Of a DNA stretch of 64,000 bases, positions 59,214 to 64,000 are shown piece by piece. Within the stretch, counting starts at the first letter, position 1. The number at the start of each line of letters is the position of its first letter. Under the pieces are notes generated by a model. It did no database searches and was not told where the DNA came from. It saw only the letters and a program-made list of their open reading frames with translations. The stretch is from NCBI GenBank assembly GCA_963809685.1, contig CAWEKN010000004.1, positions 63,182 through 127,181 of the forward strand, read 5' to 3'. This DNA is from an uncultured Solirubrobacterales bacterium. Lineage in GTDB: Bacteria > Actinomycetota > Thermoleophilia > Solirubrobacterales > Solirubrobacteraceae. The position numbers and the translations under genes were made by a program.

Positions 59214-59648
59214 ATGACCACGCCTCCCGCCGTCTTCGGTCAGTTCGGGCAGACGTTGGCGTTCGCCGAGCGGACGCTCACCGCCGGGTTGCGCGAGCAG
59301 CTCGCGCGGCGCCAGACCAAGCCCGAGACCTGGTACGCCTTGAAGCTGATCGCCGCTCGCGGACCCGGGCTGAGCCGCGAGGAACTGAGCCACGACCTCG
59401 AGGGCTCGCGCACCATGGACGCGCAGCGGACCCGCGAGTTGCTCGCCGAGCTCGAGACAGACGGGCTGATCCGCGGCGATACCGCGCTCGAGCTCACCGA
59501 CGAAGGCCAAGCCGCCTACCGCAGCCTGCGCGACTACATCGCCGGGCCGGCGACCGCACTTCTGAGTCAGTTCGCCATCGAGGACATCGAGACCACCGTT
59601 CGCACGCTTCAAGCGATCACAGAACGTGCTCGGACGGGACTTGCCTAG
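59214..59648 (+). CDS. MarR-like winged-helix protein
   Basis: 'LETDGLI...LELTDEG'; GGAG RBS. Confidence 0.65.
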   Translation: MTTPPAVFGQFGQTLAFAERTLTAGLREQLARRQTKPETWYALKLIAARGPGLSREELSHDLEGSRTMDAQRTRELLAELETDGLIRGDTALELTDEGQAAYRSLRDYIAGPATALLSQFAIEDIETTVRTLQAITERARTGLA

Positions 59649-59659
59649 TCGCCCGGTGC

Positions 59660-59698
59660 TGGTCGAGAAACGGACGCATGTTGGCCGTTTCTCGACCA
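59660..59698. terminator. 14-bp stem hairpin between the convergent gene and tRNA
   Basis: TGGTCGAGAAACGG / CCGTTTCTCGACCA. Confidence 0.65.
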
Positions 59699-59721
59699 CC
59701 TCCCGTCCTGGAGGGCAATCA

Positions 59722-59794
59722 CGCGCCCGGCAGGATTTGAACCTGCGACCTTTCGCTCCGGAGGCGAACGCTCTATCCCCTGAGCTACGGGCGC
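59722..59794 (-). tRNA. tRNA-Arg (anticodon CCG); CCA not encoded
   Basis: GCGCCCG acceptor stem, TAGCTCAG D-arm, CT-CCG-GA loop, GGTTCAAATCC T-arm. Confidence 0.95.
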
Positions 59795-59908
59795 CGGGGA
59801 TCCCGCGGCACTGAGCGGGCATCGCTGAGCTTACCGCGGAGCCCGAACGCGGCGAGACCCGAGCGTGGGATGAAGTGGGCCATATAGGCACCATTCCATC
59901 CCAGCCCG

Positions 59909-60400
59909 GTGAAGATCGCGATCATCTCGGACACCCACATGCCCCGCGGCGGGCGAAGCCTGCCCGACGAGTGCGTACAGCGCCTTCGGACGGCGGACCT
60001 GATCCTGCACGCGGGCGATCTGGTCCGCCTCGAGGTGCTCCGACAGCTCCGGGCCCTGGGACCAGACGTCATCGCCGTTCACGGCAACGTCGACGACGCC
60101 GACGTCAGAGCTGCCCTGCCGGCAGTGCAGATCGTCCGCGCCGATGCGGTGAAGATCGCTATGACGCACGACGCCGGCCCGGCCGGCGGCCGGATGCAGC
60201 GCATGCGAGCCCGGTTCCCCGACGCCGACGCGGTCGTGTTCGGGCACTCACACATTCCGCTGCACGAGCGGTCCGCCGACGGGTTTGCGCTGTTCAACCC
60301 GGGGAGCCCGACCGAGCGCCGGCGCGCGCCGCAGCACACGATGGGGATCGCGCGCGTACGCGCGGGTGAGGTGACGTTCCAGCTGATCGGCCTGGGCTGA
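59909..60400 (+). CDS. YfcE-like metallophosphoesterase
   Basis: 'SDTH', 'HAGD', 'GNVD', 'GHSHIP', 'NPGS'. Confidence 0.9.
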   Translation: MKIAIISDTHMPRGGRSLPDECVQRLRTADLILHAGDLVRLEVLRQLRALGPDVIAVHGNVDDADVRAALPAVQIVRADAVKIAMTHDAGPAGGRMQRMRARFPDADAVVFGHSHIPLHERSADGFALFNPGSPTERRRAPQHTMGIARVRAGEVTFQLIGLG

Positions 60401-60415
60401 CAGACTGGGGCAGCG

Positions 60416-61393
60416 ATGGATCTCTCGGTGTTCTTCGCCGGCACTGCCGGTTCGATTCCGACCGCTCGGCGTGGGCTGCCGGCGGTGCTGGTGCGCCGCG
60501 GCGGCGACCGGATCCTGTTCGACTGCGGCGAGGGCACGCAGCGCCAGCTCGTGAGCTCGGTCGGGTTGATGGATCTCACCGAGGTGTATCTGACCCACTT
60601 CCACGCCGATCACTGGCTTGGGCTGCCGGGCCTGCTCAAGACATTCGATCTGCGCGCCCGCGAACGGCCGCTCACCGTCCACGGCCCGCGCGGCTTGCGC
60701 GAGCTGCTCGCGCTGGCGCTGAGGGCGGCGGGGCGTGTCCGCTTCGAGTTGCGCCTCGTCGAGCTCGAACCGGGCAACGTGCTGCAGCGCGACGGCTACC
60801 GGATCGCGGCGGTCCCGGTGCGCCATCGCGGCCCGGCGCTCGGCTACGTCGTGTTCGAGGACGCCCGCCCCGGGGAATTTGACACGCGGGCCGCGATCGA
60901 CCTCGGCCTGACGCCGGGTCCCGAGTTCGGTCGCGTGCAGCGAGGCGAAACCGTGAGGGGAGTGACCCCCGCCCAGGTCTTGGGGGACCCCCGCCCCGGG
61001 CGCAAGGTCGCGATCTCGGGAGACACGATGCCGTGCGAGGCGCTGCAGATCGCAGCGCACGGCGCCGACCTGCTGATCCACGAGGCGACGTTCGCCGCGG
61101 AGGAGACCGAGCGCGCCGCCGAGACCGGGCATTCGACCGCGGCCCAGGCGGCGACGGTCGCCCGCGACGCGGAGGTGCGGATGCTCGCCTTGACGCACTT
61201 CTCCACCCGGTACCCGGTCGGGGTGTTGCGAGACGAGGCGCGCGCCGTGTTCAGCGCGACGGTGGTGCCGCGCGACTTCGACACGATCGAGATCCCGTTT
61301 CCCGAACGAGGCGAGCCGGAACTGGTGCGCTGGGACGGGAGGGCCGTCGAGGCTCCGCGGGCGCAGGAAGCGATCGTGGACCAGGCATCGTGA
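60416..61393 (+). CDS. rnz: ribonuclease Z
   Basis: 'FDCGEGTQRQ', 'THFHADH', 'HEATF', 'THFSTRY'. Confidence 0.9.
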   Translation: MDLSVFFAGTAGSIPTARRGLPAVLVRRGGDRILFDCGEGTQRQLVSSVGLMDLTEVYLTHFHADHWLGLPGLLKTFDLRARERPLTVHGPRGLRELLALALRAAGRVRFELRLVELEPGNVLQRDGYRIAAVPVRHRGPALGYVVFEDARPGEFDTRAAIDLGLTPGPEFGRVQRGETVRGVTPAQVLGDPRPGRKVAISGDTMPCEALQIAAHGADLLIHEATFAAEETERAAETGHSTAAQAATVARDAEVRMLALTHFSTRYPVGVLRDEARAVFSATVVPRDFDTIEIPFPERGEPELVRWDGRAVEAPRAQEAIVDQAS

Positions 61394-61929
61394 GCACCGT
61401 CAGCTGTGAGCGGGTTCAGACGGAGCGGCTGCTGTGCGAGCGGCTGAAGCTCGAGCACGCCGGCGAGGTCGCGATCCTGCTCGGTGACCCGCGGGTCGCC
61501 AGGACGCTGACGCCCGACGGCCGGCCGATGACCCAGACCCAGGTGCTCGACAGCCTGCACGCGAAGATCGCGCATTGGGACCGGTACGGCTTCGGCCTGT
61601 GGCTGATCCGGGACCGCGACAGCGGCGAGATGGTCGGTCGCGGTGGGCTACAGCACACCTTCGTCGGCGGCTCGAGCGAGGTCGAGGTGGGGTGGGCGAT
61701 CGTGCCCGAGCGCTGGGGCCAGGGCCTCGCGACCGAGCTTGCGCTGGCGTCGGTCGAGGTCGCGGCCCAGCAGCTGCGGCTGCCGGAGATCGTCGCGTTC
61801 ACGCTCCCGGACAACCTCGCCTCGCGGCGGGTGATGGAGAAGGCGGGCTTCGTCTACGAGCGCGAGGTCCTGCACGTCGGACTCCCACACGTGCTCTACC
61901 GCCGCGCGCTGCGCGACGATTCGGCATAG
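61390..61929 (+). CDS. GNAT (RimJ/RimL) N-acetyltransferase
   Basis: 'WGQGLATE', 'NLASRRVMEKAGF'. Confidence 0.88.
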   Translation: MSTVSCERVQTERLLCERLKLEHAGEVAILLGDPRVARTLTPDGRPMTQTQVLDSLHAKIAHWDRYGFGLWLIRDRDSGEMVGRGGLQHTFVGGSSEVEVGWAIVPERWGQGLATELALASVEVAAQQLRLPEIVAFTLPDNLASRRVMEKAGFVYEREVLHVGLPHVLYRRALRDDSA

Positions 61930-61964
61930 CCGCCGACGCCGCTGCTAGGCTCGTCGAGTCGGCC

Positions 61965-61997
61965 CCTTTAACCCGGTCCCGTGAGGCCAGGAAGGAG
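61965..61997 (+). promoter_or_regulatory. PyrR-binding RNA element overlapping the pyrR RBS
   Basis: CCTTTAA...GTCCCGTGAGGC...GAAGG motif. Confidence 0.75.
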
Positions 61998-62001
61998 CAC
62001 G

Positions 62002-62559
62002 TTGGAAGCTACGACGGTCGTCCTCGACCACGATGACATGCGCCGCACGTTGCAGCGCATCGCACATGAGATCGTGGAGAAGAACCCGGACGGCACGATC
62101 GCGCTGGTCGGGATCCACCGCCGGGGCGCCGTGCTGGCAGGCCGGCTGCACGCGCTGACTAGCGAGTTGCTCGAACCGCCGGTGCCGCTCGGCGCCGTGG
62201 ACATCGCGTTCTATCGAGACGACCTGGCGACCCGGCCGAGCGCGCCGGTGGTGCACTCGACGCACCTCGAGTTCCCGGTCGACGGCCTGACGATGGTGAT
62301 CGTCGACGACGTGCTCTACACCGGCCGGACGGTCCGCGCGGCGATCGATGCGATCTTCGACTACGGCCGCCCGGCGCGAGTGCAGCTTGCGGTGCTGGTC
62401 GACCGCGGCCACCGCGAGCTGCCGATCAGGCCCGACTATGTCGGCAAGAACATCCCGACCTCGCAGGAGCAGCGCGTCAACGTTCGCGTCAGCGAGGTCG
62501 ACGGCGTCGACGAGGTGACGATTGGCCCCGCGAAGACGCCGAAGCGAGAGGCGGCGTAG
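62002..62559 (+). CDS. pyrR: bifunctional pyr regulator / uracil phosphoribosyltransferase
   Basis: 'VDDVLYTGRTVRAA', 'DRGHRELPIRPDYVGKN'. Confidence 0.95.
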   Translation: MEATTVVLDHDDMRRTLQRIAHEIVEKNPDGTIALVGIHRRGAVLAGRLHALTSELLEPPVPLGAVDIAFYRDDLATRPSAPVVHSTHLEFPVDGLTMVIVDDVLYTGRTVRAAIDAIFDYGRPARVQLAVLVDRGHRELPIRPDYVGKNIPTSQEQRVNVRVSEVDGVDEVTIGPAKTPKREAA

Positions 62560-62562
62560 ACC

Positions 62563-63489
62563 ATGCACATTGGCAAGCACTTGATCACGATCGACGACCT
62601 CGATCGCGAGGGCATCGAGCGGATCCTCGACCGCGCAGAATCGTTCGCGGAGGTGTCCGGCCGGGAGATCAAAAAGGTGCCGGCGCTGCGAGGACGCACC
62701 GTCGTGAACCTGTTCTACGAGTCCAGCACACGGACGAGCTCGAGCTTTGAGCTTGCGGCCAAGCGGCTCAGCGCCGACGTGGTCAGCATCCGCTCGGCCG
62801 GCTCAGCGGTCGACAAGGGCGAGTCGCTGAAGGACACGGTGCAGACGCTGTCGGCATATGACCCGGCGGCGATCGTGATCCGCTCGCCGCACGTCGGCGC
62901 CGCGCAGCTGGTCGCCGGCTGGACCCCGGCGGCGGTGATCAACGCCGGCGACGGCAAGCACGAGCACCCGACCCAGGCGCTGCTCGACGTGTTCACGTTG
63001 CGCCGCCGGCTCGGCTCGCTGGACGGCGCGCGGATCTGGATCGTCGGCGACGTGCTGCACTCGCGGGTCGCGCGCTCGAACATCCTCGCGCTGCAGCGGA
63101 TGGGTGCGGCGGTGACCGTCTGCGGACCGCCGCCGCTGATCCCGCGAGGGATCGAGGCGCTCGGTTGCGACGCGGAGGTCACGCTGGACCGGTTGGGCGA
63201 GGCCGACGTCGTCTACGTCCTGCGGATGCAGCTCGAGCGCATGCACGACTCATTCGTCCCGTCTCTGCGCGAGTACGCCCAGCGCTATCAGATCAACGCG
63301 GCGCGACTGAACCCCGGGCAGCTGCTGATGCACCCCGGACCCGTCAACCGCGGCGTTGAGCTGTCTGCCGACGCGATCGACTCGCCCCAGGCGCTGATCG
63401 TCGAACAAGTCAAGTCCGGAGTCTCGGTGCGAATGGCGGTCCTCTATGAGCTGCTGGTCGGCTCGCCGGCACTGGCGGTGGTGGCGTGA
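62563..63489 (+). CDS. pyrB: aspartate carbamoyltransferase catalytic subunit
   Basis: 'FYESSTRT', 'NAGDG', 'HPTQALLD', 'MHPGP'. Confidence 0.95.
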   Translation: MHIGKHLITIDDLDREGIERILDRAESFAEVSGREIKKVPALRGRTVVNLFYESSTRTSSSFELAAKRLSADVVSIRSAGSAVDKGESLKDTVQTLSAYDPAAIVIRSPHVGAAQLVAGWTPAAVINAGDGKHEHPTQALLDVFTLRRRLGSLDGARIWIVGDVLHSRVARSNILALQRMGAAVTVCGPPPLIPRGIEALGCDAEVTLDRLGEADVVYVLRMQLERMHDSFVPSLREYAQRYQINAARLNPGQLLMHPGPVNRGVELSADAIDSPQALIVEQVKSGVSVRMAVLYELLVGSPALAVVA

Positions 63490-64000
63490 TGAGCACGCAG
63501 CGGCTGTTCGCCCCCGAGCGCCCCGACGCGGACCTGCTGATCCGCTGCGCCCACGTCCTCGATCCCCGCGCGGGCCTCGACGAGCCGCGCGACATCCTGA
63601 TCCGCGGTGGGCAGATTGCCGAGCTGGGCGCGCCCGGCACGCTGCAGAAGCCGGCCGAGGCCGAGGTGCTCGAAGCGGCCGGCAAGCACGCCTTCCCCGG
63701 CTTCGTCGATCCGCACGTGCACCTGCGCACCCCGGGTCAGGAATACAAGGAGGACATCGACACCGGTACCGCCGCCGCGGCCGCCGGCGGCTTCTGCGCG
63801 GTGATCGCGATGCCCAACACCGATCCGGTCGTGCACGAAGCGTCGATCCTGCGCGCGCTGACCGAGACGGCGGGCCGCGAAGCCCACGTACCCGTCGGGT
63901 TCCTCGCGTCGATCACGCGCGATCTCCGCGGCGAGGACCTGACCGAGATGGCCGCGTTGCGCGATGCCGGCGCGCTCGGGTTCACCGATGACGGCAAGCC
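63489..64000 (+). CDS. pyrC: dihydroorotase, 3'-truncated by window edge
   Basis: 'PGFVDPHVHLRTPG', 'AMPNT', 'FTDDG'; TGATG overlap with pyrB. Confidence 0.9.
   Translation, partial: MSTQRLFAPERPDADLLIRCAHVLDPRAGLDEPRDILIRGGQIAELGAPGTLQKPAEAEVLEAAGKHAFPGFVDPHVHLRTPGQEYKEDIDTGTAAAAAGGFCAVIAMPNTDPVVHEASILRALTETAGREAHVPVGFLASITRDLRGEDLTEMAALRDAGALGFTDDGK

Noticed and set aside
52574-59794. Integrative element inserted at tRNA-Arg
   Set aside because: Accessory-looking genes lie beyond the tRNA 3' end, but I found no integrase and no duplicated tRNA 3' fragment by eye.

Overview
A 64 kb high-GC chromosomal segment from an actinobacterium. Gene content (F420 enzyme, Sdh1-type succinate dehydrogenase, MCP, pyrR-pyrB-pyrC) suggests Thermoleophilia/Solirubrobacterales; this is an inference. 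It has five blocks. (1) 1.6-23 kb is a general-stress island with about 11 SigB/SigF-like promoters. It encodes a divergent SOD, an F420 oxidoreductase coupled to an MrpA-less Mrp module in Mbh order, CsbD, GH15 and a TPP-enzyme/enolase/GMC operon. (2) 23-29 kb holds a secreted DUF1906 hydrolase, a hairpin cluster, and a YtkA/FixH gene coupled to an Sdh1-type operon. (3) 29.2-47.3 kb is a catabolic regulon tied together by five copies of a LacI-type palindrome (TGCAAACGTTTGCA). It encodes an ABC importer, a flavoprotein, a DHPON-type C-C hydrolase, a Mo-hydroxylase, an atypical M24 protein, a beta-hydroxyacid dehydrogenase and E1/E2. This is the best candidate for an undescribed pathway. (4) 47-59.7 kb holds a sigma28-type MCP, a c-di-GMP enzyme and several regulator/oxidoreductase pairs. 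(5) 59.7-64 kb is core: tRNA-Arg(CCG), rnz and pyrR-pyrB-pyrC. No CRISPR, integrase or transposase was seen. All family calls come from motif recognition by eye, not database searches.
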